Assembly (NCBI GenBank): GCA_045545095.1
Contig: JAZQAG010000049.1
Coordinates: 1,213 to 65,212, forward strand
Length of the DNA: 64,000 nucleotides
Source of the DNA: Phocaeicola sp.
Lineage (GTDB): Bacteria > Bacteroidota > Bacteroidia > Bacteroidales > Bacteroidaceae
Reading direction: 5' to 3'
Positions within the stretch are counted from its first letter, which is position 1, and each line of letters opens with the position of its first letter. A program made the translations under genes and the position numbers. The notes below the pieces were generated by a model. The model was not told the origin of the DNA. It was given only the letters and a program-made list of their open reading frames with translations, and searched no databases. This document shows, one piece after another, positions 20,596-30,954 of the stretch.

Positions 20596-22929
20596 TTATT
20601 TCTTGAACATCACCCCATCCACATGGTTTCCCACAAAAGCCGGGACAAAATCGGCCGTGCTGTACCAACGGGGCTTGCCCGGCATCTCATCATAAATAGC
20701 CTGGCCATTGATTTTCAGCCCCTCAAAGGTGACATTCTTCACCCGCCGTTCTTCATTATAACCATTGATGACAGACATGTAAGGTTGTGCACCATAGTAG
20801 CGGATATTGCGGAAGGTCACGTTCTCCACACCCCGACCAGGGGCAGTACAGTACTTCTGGTTATAGCCGACTTTCACGTGAAAGAGGCAACCTTGATGAA
20901 TCTGCTCAATGCGGATGTTATCGAAAAGCACATCCTTCACATAATTGTTGTCTCCACAATTGATGGCCATGCATCCCTGATAGTCCACCTGAGGTTCGCT
21001 TTGGCAAAGGATGTCGATGTTTTCATAGACAAGCCCCACGATACTGTCCTGCACATCAGAGTTACCATGTATGCCGATGAAGATGGGATGAGCCACATCT
21101 GCCCACAAGGTAGAGTTGGTCATGCGCACATTATAGACAGAGCCGTTGAAGCCTTTGCGTGTGGCATAAGCGGTAGTGCAATCATCGGAGGTGCGACAAA
21201 ACACCCTGTCGTAAAGCACATTACTGGAAGCGAAGACATTCAGGCCGTCTCCCCACGAAGGATGCGAAATACTCCGTACATCATGCAGGGTCACCCCGTT
21301 GCTCTCCCCTACAGGGCAGGTATTCAGGATAAGACCATCAATAAGGACATTGCGGCTACGGTACACATGACATCCTTCATAGCCATGAGGCGGACGAGCC
21401 ACACCACGGCCAAGGATACTCACATTCTTTGCATCCTCGATGGCAAAGGTGCCAGTGAAGTAACTTCCCCCTGCCAGATAAACAGTGGTATTGGAAGGCA
21501 CCCGGATGGTATCTTGGGTATAAAGCCCCGGTTCGTATGCCACAAATCCGCGCCCCTCTTTGCGGGCCTGCTTCTCTGCCACCTCTTGAGCAACAGGCGG
21601 TTTGGAAGTAAACAACAAGAGATTATCTGTAATGCAACCGTCAAACTCCACACTCACATTCTCTGGTTGGAAAAGCAAGAACTGTACTGTTGAATCGTTT
21701 TGCACATTGGCTATCACTCCGCGGTAATCGGGACGGATACGTGCCTCACTGAATTTCTTATTCTTGCACACCACGCGTACATAGACATCACCTGTGAAGT
21801 CGAAGAAAGCGTATGAAATTTCGGAGATCTTATGTCTATTGTCTCCGACAGGTGCATTCACTTTGGCCATATAGGTGTCGATGCGTGTCCATTCATCCAC
21901 CCCGCGCGGACGGATAAACACATCGTAGTCCCCTTTTAAAGGTGCGCCTTCAGGAGCCGGATAAGTGAATACAGAATGTATTTTTGCCCCCTCCTTTACA
22001 CCTGGAGCACGTGTTTCACGACTTTCACCCCGCTTTTCGGCTTTTGCTTGCAGGGCGAGCACTTTCTTGGTATAGGGCATCTTCATGCCTTTCCTCTCTA
22101 CATAGTGCTTGTAAGGAAGTTCGTAGATATCCCACAAACGTCCACGACCCATTTCACCAGGTATTACCCAATCATTGTACAGACCAGTGCAATCTGTCCA
22201 TGCCTTAAAGGGAACATCATATCCAAGATTGTATCGGGCAGTATATTCAAATCCCTTCATCAGACGATTGTCCAATGCACCCCATAAATCATCACCTTGT
22301 CCCCAAGCCATTTCGCAGATGTGTGCGAGGGCTTCAAGACCCAGCTGGGCATGATTCTGGTCGCGACCAGTTTCCTGGCATTGCCCCGTTTCGCTAATAT
22401 AATTAGGTAAAGAACCATTATCATTAGCTGTCAAATAGTAGTCAATCGCTGCACGATAGATGGTAGTATCTTCAAGGAAAATGCCACATGCCATACGCAA
22501 GCGGTTGACGATGGCACCCCAATTCCCATTGGCGTATGGACTGTCTGCCTCAAACTTATTCATCATAGGAAGCAAAGCACGATGCACCATCTCATCCCAT
22601 TGGGAAGTACGGTGTTCCTTCATTAATATCATTGCTTTTACAAGATCATAGCACTGGATGGCACAAAGTGGCGCATCGTGCCCGTCGAGCTGTTGCAACG
22701 TTGTAGCGTATGCATTGATAATTTCCAATGCTTTTTCTCCATATCCCTTTTGAGCACACTCAAATGCCGCTTTCATATCGCGTTCACTTCCACCTTTAGA
22801 GTGGCGGTATTGTCCGTCGCGAGCAATCACTTCGTAAGGACCGGCCATTTGATAATCTATTTGCGCTTGAAGGTCACTTGCAAGAAAAAGCAAACAGAAT
22901 ATTGAAAGAAGAATCACCACCTTTTTCAT
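20596..22929 (-). CDS. two-domain enzyme: alginate-lyase/heparinase-type alpha/alpha-toroid lyase-like domain fused to a GH28/GH49-like right-handed beta-helix domain
   Basis: Signal peptide. The N-terminal half has ETGRDQNHAQLGLEALAHICEMAWGQGDDLW, paralogous to the next gene. The C-terminal half has beta-helix repeats with GDGLNVF...RTSDDC. The family assignment needs an HMM search. Confidence 0.6.
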   Translation of the reverse strand: MKKVVILLSIFCLLFLASDLQAQIDYQMAGPYEVIARDGQYRHSKGGSERDMKAAFECAQKGYGEKALEIINAYATTLQQLDGHDAPLCAIQCYDLVKAMILMKEHRTSQWDEMVHRALLPMMNKFEADSPYANGNWGAIVNRLRMACGIFLEDTTIYRAAIDYYLTANDNGSLPNYISETGQCQETGRDQNHAQLGLEALAHICEMAWGQGDDLWGALDNRLMKGFEYTARYNLGYDVPFKAWTDCTGLYNDWVIPGEMGRGRLWDIYELPYKHYVERKGMKMPYTKKVLALQAKAEKRGESRETRAPGVKEGAKIHSVFTYPAPEGAPLKGDYDVFIRPRGVDEWTRIDTYMAKVNAPVGDNRHKISEISYAFFDFTGDVYVRVVCKNKKFSEARIRPDYRGVIANVQNDSTVQFLLFQPENVSVEFDGCITDNLLLFTSKPPVAQEVAEKQARKEGRGFVAYEPGLYTQDTIRVPSNTTVYLAGGSYFTGTFAIEDAKNVSILGRGVARPPHGYEGCHVYRSRNVLIDGLILNTCPVGESNGVTLHDVRSISHPSWGDGLNVFASSNVLYDRVFCRTSDDCTTAYATRKGFNGSVYNVRMTNSTLWADVAHPIFIGIHGNSDVQDSIVGLVYENIDILCQSEPQVDYQGCMAINCGDNNYVKDVLFDNIRIEQIHQGCLFHVKVGYNQKYCTAPGRGVENVTFRNIRYYGAQPYMSVINGYNEERRVKNVTFEGLKINGQAIYDEMPGKPRWYSTADFVPAFVGNHVDGVMFKK

Positions 22930-25900
22930 TTTCGAATAATTTTTCTACCATTTACAATATAAATACCTCCCTTTGCACGCACAACATCTATACGGCGCCC
23001 TTGCAAATCATAAGCATCATCATTTTCGCTATTTACGATTCCGCCAGCGACCACTTCATCTACACCAAGTGCGGGCTCAATAGGAATAATCAAGAAAGGA
23101 TATCCAGGAAACTCTGTCAACTCTGTATTGATACTACCATCGGAATTCATATCCCAATATTTTTTAGTAGCCTCTGTAAGTCCTGTGCGAATGGCATAAC
23201 GGTTAACCCCAGCTGCCTGTTCAAAATAGAAACTATACAAACTGGCGCTACCCAATTTGCCATTAGCAAAGAGCGGCAAACTATCAGCTACAACGGTCAT
23301 ACTGTGTCGCACAGAGGAATTACTAATTTTCCAAATTTGATGAGCCTCTGGTTGGTTTACATCTCCTTTTTCAAAGGAAACCAATTCGCCTGAAGCATGC
23401 CCCGTGAGAAGACGTCCCGTGCCTGCATGGCAAACAAGATAATATCCGGGAGTAAGAATGGATTGTTCTGCAGATTTTACCAAGACCTTAAACACCACCT
23501 CAACAGTCTCACCTTCCATTGTGAATGAAGCGGTATAATCGCCACTTGTTTCTAACCCACTGATGGTAATCTTACTACCCTGTTCTCCCGTACTCCAAGT
23601 GACACAGCTTGCCGGCACAGAGGGCGACAAGTTTAATCCAAGAGTCACCTCTTCACCTGCATTGACAATACATTCTGATGCTTGTATTGTTTCACCCGCT
23701 TTCTCAATATAAGGTGAGGCAGCTATTACATTCACATGGAAAGTACAGGCGCTGACGGCTGAGCCTTGGTTTATATAATATAAGGTATAGGTACGCGGAG
23801 CTACGACAGGAGTGGTAGTGATGCTTTGCGTAGTCTGTCCCGTTGACCACTGATATGTTCCCCATCCACAAGAAGGAACTGCTGTCAAGGTAACACTTTC
23901 GCCATAAACCACATTGATGGTATCTGTCCCTGTAATAGTCTGGCCATTGTAAGTCACACTGGGAGTGAGCATCGTCAGATTGCAATCATTCTCTGCGGCA
24001 ATAGAGAAACACTGTTGGCTTTTCACCCCCTTTCCGTTAGTATATGTCACACGATAAACATAACTTCGGTCAGTTGTTACAGTAATTTCACGTGTCTGCT
24101 CACCCGTTTCCCATTGCCAAAGTCCTGTATCCTCCTCCCCTTCGGGCAATTGGGGTATCAGTTTCACAGTTTCTCCACGGGGCACACAAGTCTGGTTATT
24201 GACTGCAAATGTATTTACCAATCCTCCTAATTCACTATGTGCAATCTGCTTACCACTGACGTTCCCCAAATTCTGTTCTACACCAATACTGGGAATGATA
24301 TTGGCTGTAAGCGTACCGCTATACTCCATACGAGGCGACAATTCCGTGGGAACTTGATCAGCAGATGCCAACTGCACATCACGCGTATTCATCAATACGC
24401 TATATCCCATGTGGTCATATCCGCCACTGGTCGTACCCATGCCACCTGCATCTATACCCATGCTATTGTAGGAGTTTTCCGAGAAAGGCATTTTCACGCC
24501 CTTCACTCCTTCATAAATGCCAATGACAGTGCCCCAATAAGGACGCATCTGCGCTCCAAGGGCAGGACCAGTCATCACCCATGCACGGCTGTCCGAGTAG
24601 TAATATCCGCTGCTGCCATATATGTAGTTTGTCCAAGGCAGGCTGGCCACACTCTGCGTCTGTGCAGCCACGTATTCAATACCGGCAGCCAAACGGTAAT
24701 CCATATAGGCAAAGAGATCATCACCTTGATTCCATCCGACTTTAGCCACATCAATAGCCAATCCCAATGCCATAGCCGAATGGCCTGTATCGCGTCCGCT
24801 TTCGTTCATCTGCCCCAGTTTGCCATAAGCCCCTGTTTCAAGTTCGCTGTCCACATGGGTGACCACCAGATTACCGAGGTATTCAGTCAACCCGTCATTC
24901 TTAATGGGATTATCCGTACGTGGGTCATGGAAATTGCCCACCTGGTCATACTTGAAGTAAGACATTCCCTGATTGTAGATATAGACATCGTCGCACAAGA
25001 TTCCGATGCTGATGACGCACATGACATTGCAAAGTCCCCAATTCGACCAATAATGTCCTGGTGCTTGCCACCATTTGCCAGCATTTTCCCACGTCCCATT
25101 ACGTCCACGCAGAAAACCTATAGCACTGGGGTACCACACAGAGAGCATCCATTGTTTGAATGTATTGAACTCCTTGCGGTTCCACCCCTCATAATCACGC
25201 ATCAGCTCGGCCGCTTGGGCAAACTGATAGCCGTAAAGACCGGCTGCCAGTGCATAGTTACTGTCTCCGCCAATGGCTTTGGTCGTATTTGCCCATGCCA
25301 TCAGAATACGTACAGCCGCATCGGCACAAGCCTTATTGTCCTCAATCTTCCATCGCAGGGCATTCTGATAAGCCATCGTGGCTCCACGTGCAGCATTGAT
25401 ATAGTTTTCCCCCACTCCACCACCGCGTACGATGGTCTCAACCGGCCAAGTCTGCACACCCGGCTGGGCATATTCCGCCTTTTTCAATATCTCGTAAGCC
25501 GCCTTCACTTTTTCGTTTCCTTCCGCCAACTGTCGACGCACGCGGTCAAAGTCCGCTTGCGTATGCAATCCGCCCGGATGAGTGAACCCACGGTCTGTAT
25601 CGTATGCCTCGATTGCATCGCCCACAGTCGGAAGGACTACATTAGCCGTAGATTTTACCTGAGCAACGACCTGTTTCAGTTGTGCACATATCTTGTCAAC
25701 GTAAGTTTGACTATACTCTCCTGCAGCTACACGCTCAGCCATCGTTATCATTCCGTTCAAATCAGCCAATGCATCGGGCAGATAAGAGACTGTACTCCCT
25801 GCCAACTGTTTTGCCTCGGCAATAGCGGTTTTCAACTGACTGACATCCCCCGTTGTGCCATAGAGATAGGCCTCCTCCAATGCTGATATCTCGGAAGCCA

Positions 25901-26615
25901 AGGTCGTCACCTCGTCAGCCGACAAGGCTCGGTCATAAAAACAGAAATCTGTGATGAGTGTCTGTGCCAAATAATTGTCGCCCGAGAAGGGAGCACGTCC
26001 TATCCAACAGGCGGTAGGATTGGCCGAAGCATAAAGAGCACTGTTCAGCGGCATGTTTGTGATACTTTTCTTCATTGCTCCATTGATATAGAGCTTGCCA
26101 GTTCTTCCCTCTTGTGAATAAGCGACATGTATCCATTCTCCCTTGGCCGATTCACTATTTACGGAATATCCTGTCTCATTACTATATCCGCCCGTACTGG
26201 ACGCTATGCGTTGGGCATTCAGACGATAGGCAGAATAAACACCTCCATTGGAAGTACATGCTTCAGCTGTTGAGAATGCCCAAAGGAAATAACCATTACC
26301 TGAGAGTGACGCCTGTTCGTTCACACGGTAATAGACTGATATGGTATAATTGTCACACTCGGCGAACACCTTTCCCGCCTCGGTCGTCAAGTTCAGATAG
26401 CCCGCACCGCTTCCCAAGTCGAGAATACTGTAATCGCCCATTGTCGTCACTTTGGCCGAACCATTCAATTTAGCAGTGATACCAGACACATTGTCCGTCA
26501 CATCAGTCCCCGACACGTTTTTGAAATCAAAACGCATCTTCACATTCTCTGTTTGTGCCCATGCTGTCCATCCGACCAGCATCAGCATCCATGTCAATAA
26601 AGTTGTCCTATTCAT
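22926..26615 (-). CDS. multidomain secreted lyase-like protein: LamG/ConA-like + alpha/alpha-toroid lyase-like + Ig-like repeats + ricin-B-like + T9SS C-terminal domain
   Basis: The N-terminus resembles LamG (YTISVYYRV...GEWIHVAYSQEGRTGKLYINGAMK). ESGRDTGHSAMALGLAIDVAKVGWNQGDDLF is paralogous to the 20596-22929 protein. The tail DAYDLQGRRIDVVRAKGGIYIVNGRKIIRK resembles a CTD. Start set to the ATG at 26615 (MNRTTLLTWMLMLVGWTAWA). Confidence 0.6.
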   Translation of the reverse strand: MNRTTLLTWMLMLVGWTAWAQTENVKMRFDFKNVSGTDVTDNVSGITAKLNGSAKVTTMGDYSILDLGSGAGYLNLTTEAGKVFAECDNYTISVYYRVNEQASLSGNGYFLWAFSTAEACTSNGGVYSAYRLNAQRIASSTGGYSNETGYSVNSESAKGEWIHVAYSQEGRTGKLYINGAMKKSITNMPLNSALYASANPTACWIGRAPFSGDNYLAQTLITDFCFYDRALSADEVTTLASEISALEEAYLYGTTGDVSQLKTAIAEAKQLAGSTVSYLPDALADLNGMITMAERVAAGEYSQTYVDKICAQLKQVVAQVKSTANVVLPTVGDAIEAYDTDRGFTHPGGLHTQADFDRVRRQLAEGNEKVKAAYEILKKAEYAQPGVQTWPVETIVRGGGVGENYINAARGATMAYQNALRWKIEDNKACADAAVRILMAWANTTKAIGGDSNYALAAGLYGYQFAQAAELMRDYEGWNRKEFNTFKQWMLSVWYPSAIGFLRGRNGTWENAGKWWQAPGHYWSNWGLCNVMCVISIGILCDDVYIYNQGMSYFKYDQVGNFHDPRTDNPIKNDGLTEYLGNLVVTHVDSELETGAYGKLGQMNESGRDTGHSAMALGLAIDVAKVGWNQGDDLFAYMDYRLAAGIEYVAAQTQSVASLPWTNYIYGSSGYYYSDSRAWVMTGPALGAQMRPYWGTVIGIYEGVKGVKMPFSENSYNSMGIDAGGMGTTSGGYDHMGYSVLMNTRDVQLASADQVPTELSPRMEYSGTLTANIIPSIGVEQNLGNVSGKQIAHSELGGLVNTFAVNNQTCVPRGETVKLIPQLPEGEEDTGLWQWETGEQTREITVTTDRSYVYRVTYTNGKGVKSQQCFSIAAENDCNLTMLTPSVTYNGQTITGTDTINVVYGESVTLTAVPSCGWGTYQWSTGQTTQSITTTPVVAPRTYTLYYINQGSAVSACTFHVNVIAASPYIEKAGETIQASECIVNAGEEVTLGLNLSPSVPASCVTWSTGEQGSKITISGLETSGDYTASFTMEGETVEVVFKVLVKSAEQSILTPGYYLVCHAGTGRLLTGHASGELVSFEKGDVNQPEAHQIWKISNSSVRHSMTVVADSLPLFANGKLGSASLYSFYFEQAAGVNRYAIRTGLTEATKKYWDMNSDGSINTELTEFPGYPFLIIPIEPALGVDEVVAGGIVNSENDDAYDLQGRRIDVVRAKGGIYIVNGRKIIRK

Positions 26616-26626
26616 ATTTATTGTTT

Positions 26627-27835
26627 TTAGTTGTCCATCAAAAGTTTTTGCCACCTCAGCAATGCTTCGATGTAGTAATAGTCAGCATAAATGATGCTGG
26701 CATCTATTTCCGAGCCAGCGGGCAAGTTTCCCGTTGAGTGCAACAGGAATGAGGGTTTCGCCTCTCCCGCACGATAAGTATCACTGCCGAGACTTTGCAA
26801 CATTTTCAATGCCATCTCTTTGTAATACGTTCCTTTCTCTGTTGGCAAATAAGTATGAAGTTCTGCCAACGCTGAAGCGACCACACAGGCAGCCGAAGCA
26901 TCACGTGGTGCTTGAGGGATGCGCGGATCATCAAAATCCCAATAGGGAATAGCATCTTCAGGCAAACGGGCCAAGTAAGCATCGGTCACCTTCTGTACAA
27001 AATCGAGGTATGTTTCATCCTTCGTCTCGCGATAAACCACAGTAAATCCATAGATGGCCCATGCCTGTCCGCGTGCCCATAAACTTTCGTCGGCATATCC
27101 TTGATGAGTGAGGGCATTGATGCGTTCGCCCGTCAGTGTGTCGTACACAGCTACGTGATACGATGTATAATCCGGTCGGAAATGGTTCTTCATCGTCTTG
27201 TCTGCATGCGATACTGCTATATCGTACAAGTGCCTGCCACCACCATTTTGGGCTGCCCAAAAGAGCATTTCCAAATTCATCATGTTGTCCATAATAACAT
27301 TGTGCCCACCATAGTCCTTCACATGGCGCGGCCACGAGAGCAGGGCGCCTACCGTAGGGTTGAACAGCGTAGCCAACGTATCAGCCGTGTCCAATATCAC
27401 TTGCTTGTATGCGGGATTGTTTGTCAGACGATAACCATTCCCATAGCTACAGAAAATAAGGAAACCAAGGTCGTGGTCGTATGCAGGTGTGTGGGCAAGG
27501 AACTCCAACGAAGCGGTAAACTCTTCTGCCTCTTCACGAATTGTCAGGTCGCCAGTGTGTTCATCGTCGTACCACAGCACACCTGGCCAAAAGCCAGCGC
27601 ACCACTCCTCCTTCGTAGCTTTCCGAAGGTGCCACACACTGGCGGTATCGGCAATGTTACGCGGCATCAGCGTATAATCAATGCCCGATTCGCGGCTTTT
27701 CAATTCTAACAAAGTGCGCTCTACCTGACCGTGACAATAATCCAAAGATGTTCTTATCTCATCCAAAGGCTGAGTTTGGCAGGCTCCAAGGCTGATGCAG
27801 GCACATAGAATGGTTGCAATGTTTCTCAGTTTCAT
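26627..27835 (-). CDS. glycoside hydrolase family 88 (unsaturated uronyl hydrolase)
   Basis: GFWPGVLWY, AYDHDLGFLIF and WARGQAWAIYGF motifs. Start set to the ATG at 27835 (MKLRNIATILCACISLGAC lipoprotein signal). Confidence 0.8.
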   Translation of the reverse strand: MKLRNIATILCACISLGACQTQPLDEIRTSLDYCHGQVERTLLELKSRESGIDYTLMPRNIADTASVWHLRKATKEEWCAGFWPGVLWYDDEHTGDLTIREEAEEFTASLEFLAHTPAYDHDLGFLIFCSYGNGYRLTNNPAYKQVILDTADTLATLFNPTVGALLSWPRHVKDYGGHNVIMDNMMNLEMLFWAAQNGGGRHLYDIAVSHADKTMKNHFRPDYTSYHVAVYDTLTGERINALTHQGYADESLWARGQAWAIYGFTVVYRETKDETYLDFVQKVTDAYLARLPEDAIPYWDFDDPRIPQAPRDASAACVVASALAELHTYLPTEKGTYYKEMALKMLQSLGSDTYRAGEAKPSFLLHSTGNLPAGSEIDASIIYADYYYIEALLRWQKLLMDN

Positions 27836-28045
27836 TTGATGTTCTTGTTTTTCATGATTTTCTTGCAAATATACATTATTCACGGCAAATACATACCGTT
27901 TCTGCTGTCTAAAAATGCAAAACAATCGTCCAAACAAATATTTGGACAATTGTTACAGCCATTATTATACGATTTTAGCACCTCACGGATAGTTTTCTTA
28001 CAAAATAAATGTTACCTTTGCGGATAATTATCGTAATAATTGTTT

Positions 28046-30253
28046 ATGGGGAAAAGACTAATAGATTGCCTTCTGATATGGATGTTGTCTGCAACAATAT
28101 GGGCAGCACACCGTCATTGGACAGTAGTCGACGGACTACCGACTGGTGAAGTGCAACAAATCATAGAGTTACCCAACAGGCAGATGCTTGTCAATTGCGA
28201 AGGTGTATTTTGTCTATCGAATGGGGAAGGCTTCGATATTATTGCTTGTGATTATAGTCTGACTTACCAAATGGAAACTTATACCCAAGGTTATGGACAT
28301 TTGTGGCAAGGAGATTCGTTGCTTTGGCTTCACGATTTCTACCGTATATTCCTCTTTGATACTCGTATCAAGGCTTTCCGTTATGACATTGAGCCACGCC
28401 TAAACGATGAAACTTTACGGCAGTTTGCCAAGGGTGAGGAGCATCGTGCTATCCCCAATGTCCGACAATGGCAATGCATCGACTCTTTGGGGCAAGCCAA
28501 AAGCTACAGTACAATGGTTCTTGATTATCAAGGCGGTCTTTGGATTGGCACACGCAACGAAGGCATAGTATATCTCTCACCTCATAAAACAAATGTTGAC
28601 GAACTTTTTGCCGACCATCCGCTGATAGGCTTGGCCCGTAGTACAACAGATCAGGATGGACGTATCTGGCGGTGTAAGACAAACGGACTGGAATGTGAAG
28701 AAAAAGGGAAATACACCTTATACAATACAACCAACGTGACAGGCTTGCCTCATAACCGGACAACTTTCATTCAAGAGCTTCAAGATGGACGTTACCTTTT
28801 ATGCGACTCACTCTCCACGATAGGCTACTTCCTGCCCGAAAACCGCGTATTCATTTCATTGAATGCCCAATTGCCTGCATTGCAAAGTTACCGCCATTTT
28901 GTCGGAGCTTGCCCTATTGACGGGCAGTGGGCTGTCGTTTATGCACAGAATGGAATATTCATGCTTGATACAGAAGCTGATACGTTAGCGTTATTCCCTC
29001 CAGCCCGCTACATTGAACAATATGCGACCAAATACAATTGCATGCTGCGCGACAATGAGGAACGGCTATGGATTGGTACACAGAACGGATTGTTCGTAGT
29101 TGACAGCATCAGTCCCATGGAGAAATATTTCGTCCAAAGAATAGAGGGAATGCGCAACAACTGCATCCGCAGCTTGATACTCGACAGGAAAGGGCGAGTA
29201 TGGGCCGGCACTTCATGCGGTATCTCACGCATCACTCCAACCGTGGTCAATTTAGGACCAGAGGATGGGATTCCTGCAACCAGTATGATGGAGCGTGCCA
29301 CATGCTTGGCGGAAGATGGACAATTGGTCTTTGCCTTGGGTGGCAATCATGCCATCAGGTTCAATCCAGATTCCGTGATTAACCAGTCAAAGCCTTTGCC
29401 CGTTGTTATAACGAGTTTTAAAGTCAACGATAAGGAAACTGGCATGAAGGATATACGGCTGAAGCATAACCAGAATCACCTCACATTCCACTTTTCTTCG
29501 CTTGACTATGCAGCATCGTCACATACCCGCTATCGCTACAGGCTCTCTCCGTTGGAACAAGAATGGAGTGTAAGCAACGATGGAGCAGGATTGGGGACCG
29601 CACATTTTATGGCCTTGCAGCCTGGCTCTTATCAGTTTGAAGTCCAATCATCTGCGACAACAGGCCAATGGGGTGAAACAACTGTGACAAAAATAGAAAT
29701 CAATCCTCCGTTATGGTTGACATGGTGGGCCAAGACATGTTATATGCTGTTAATTGCATTTGTTGCAGCATCTCTCTTTCACCTATATATACAGAAACGG
29801 AAGAAACAACTGGAGCGCAAAAACGAGGAGAAGGTGAACCGCTTGTTTGAACTCCGAAGCGAGGCCCGCCACCAGTTCGCCCATTCGGTAAACATCGAGC
29901 CGGACAAGATTACGGCCAACAAAGATGAAGAGGCATTGATGCAACGCATACTTGATGCCATCAACCAAAATATGGACAACACTGAATATACGGTCGATCA
30001 GCTGGCACGTGAGATAGGAATGAGCCGTGCCAATTTCTATAAGAAGATGCAATCCATGTTGGGCATCACTCCCAATGAGTTTCTCCGTAATGTCCGTCTG
30101 AAACATGCGGCACATTTGCTTATTGAAACCGACTATCCTGTCAATCAGATTTCTTTGATGGTCGGTTTCCTTACTCCACGCTATTTCAGCCAATGTTTCA
30201 AAAAGATGTTTGGAGTCTTGCCCAGCGAATATGGCGGACGCACATTAGAATAA
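28046..30253 (+). CDS. membrane-tethered AraC-family regulator with a periplasmic beta-propeller/Y_Y_Y sensor (HTCS-like, but lacking kinase and receiver domains)
   Basis: Propeller-like repeats (GGLWIGTRNEGI, ERLWIGTQNGLF, GRVWAGTSCGI). A Y_Y_Y-like segment (RYRYRL...GSYQFEV). One TM (WWAKTCYMLLIAFVAASLFHLYI). After about 50 aa comes an AraC HTH (QLAREIGMSRANFYKKM...RYFSQCFKKMFG). Confidence 0.75.
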   Translation: MGKRLIDCLLIWMLSATIWAAHRHWTVVDGLPTGEVQQIIELPNRQMLVNCEGVFCLSNGEGFDIIACDYSLTYQMETYTQGYGHLWQGDSLLWLHDFYRIFLFDTRIKAFRYDIEPRLNDETLRQFAKGEEHRAIPNVRQWQCIDSLGQAKSYSTMVLDYQGGLWIGTRNEGIVYLSPHKTNVDELFADHPLIGLARSTTDQDGRIWRCKTNGLECEEKGKYTLYNTTNVTGLPHNRTTFIQELQDGRYLLCDSLSTIGYFLPENRVFISLNAQLPALQSYRHFVGACPIDGQWAVVYAQNGIFMLDTEADTLALFPPARYIEQYATKYNCMLRDNEERLWIGTQNGLFVVDSISPMEKYFVQRIEGMRNNCIRSLILDRKGRVWAGTSCGISRITPTVVNLGPEDGIPATSMMERATCLAEDGQLVFALGGNHAIRFNPDSVINQSKPLPVVITSFKVNDKETGMKDIRLKHNQNHLTFHFSSLDYAASSHTRYRYRLSPLEQEWSVSNDGAGLGTAHFMALQPGSYQFEVQSSATTGQWGETTVTKIEINPPLWLTWWAKTCYMLLIAFVAASLFHLYIQKRKKQLERKNEEKVNRLFELRSEARHQFAHSVNIEPDKITANKDEEALMQRILDAINQNMDNTEYTVDQLAREIGMSRANFYKKMQSMLGITPNEFLRNVRLKHAAHLLIETDYPVNQISLMVGFLTPRYFSQCFKKMFGVLPSEYGGRTLE

Positions 30254-30387
30254 ATCTTGCCATATCCGATTCAAGGGAACAACAATATTAAAAAACGCTC
30301 TTCACCAAGGAACGTTTTGCTTATTTTTGCGTCATCATAGCAGAAAGTGACAAACTACGGGCAAAAAAGTCAGTAAAGAAGAGAGAA

Positions 30388-30879
30388 ATGAATACCAGAG
30401 AGTTTGAGACATGGGTGCGGAGGCTGCGCCCGTCGTTGCAGGCCGTCGCGAGGCGGATGCTGGCCGACGAGGACGATGCCGAAGATGCCGTGCAGGATGC
30501 GCTGCTGAAATTGTGGCTCGTCCGCGACCGTCTGAATCTCTACCGCTCGCCCGACGCGCTGGCTGTGGTGGTCGTGAAGAATCTCTGCATCTCGCGATGG
30601 AGGGAGCGGCAAGCCGAGGCGTTGCCTTTGTCTGAAGATGTGGACATAGGGAGTGGACGGACTCCTGACCAAGAGTTGGAGGAGCGCGAAAACCACACGT
30701 GGCTCTGCCGCACCATCCAGGGACTGCCCTCGGCACAGATGACCATCCTGAAAATGAGTCAGGCCGAGGGGATGAGCAACCGACAGATTGCCGACGTGTT
30801 GGGCATCACTGAGACCTCCGTCCGCACGGCCCTTTGCAAAGCCCGGCACAAGCTGTTGGAGGAATTGAAGAAGAGGTGA
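30388..30879 (+). CDS. ECF-type RNA polymerase sigma factor
   Basis: DAEDAVQDALLKLW (region 2) and EGMSNRQIADVLGITETSVRTALCKAR (region 4 HTH). Confidence 0.85.
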   Translation: MNTREFETWVRRLRPSLQAVARRMLADEDDAEDAVQDALLKLWLVRDRLNLYRSPDALAVVVVKNLCISRWRERQAEALPLSEDVDIGSGRTPDQELEERENHTWLCRTIQGLPSAQMTILKMSQAEGMSNRQIADVLGITETSVRTALCKARHKLLEELKKR

Positions 30880-30934
30880 AAGGTCTAAGGTCAAAAGCCA
30901 TCGCCATTAGCCATCGCCATCGCCTTCAGCCATT
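30880..30934. repeat. hexamer tandem repeat (GCCATC-type) in the sigma/anti-sigma spacer
   Basis: aaggtc taaggtc, then gccatc gccatt a gccatc gccatc gccttc a gccatt. Confidence 0.75.
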
Positions 30935-30954
30935 AAAAATAAAATAGAACATAT

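Noticed and set aside
26616-26654. Longer start (26654) for the 1242-aa ORF, overlapping the GH88 stop
   Set aside because: The ATG at 26615 gives a canonical signal peptide (MNRTTLLTWMLMLVGWTAWA) and removes the overlap.
27935-27955. Inverted repeat gtccaaa-N6-tttggac in the GH88/regulator spacer as another copy of the TlpA-associated palindrome
   Set aside because: It shares only the TTGGAC half-site, and the spacing and flanks differ. That is too weak to group with the TGTCYAA-N3-TTRGACA sites.
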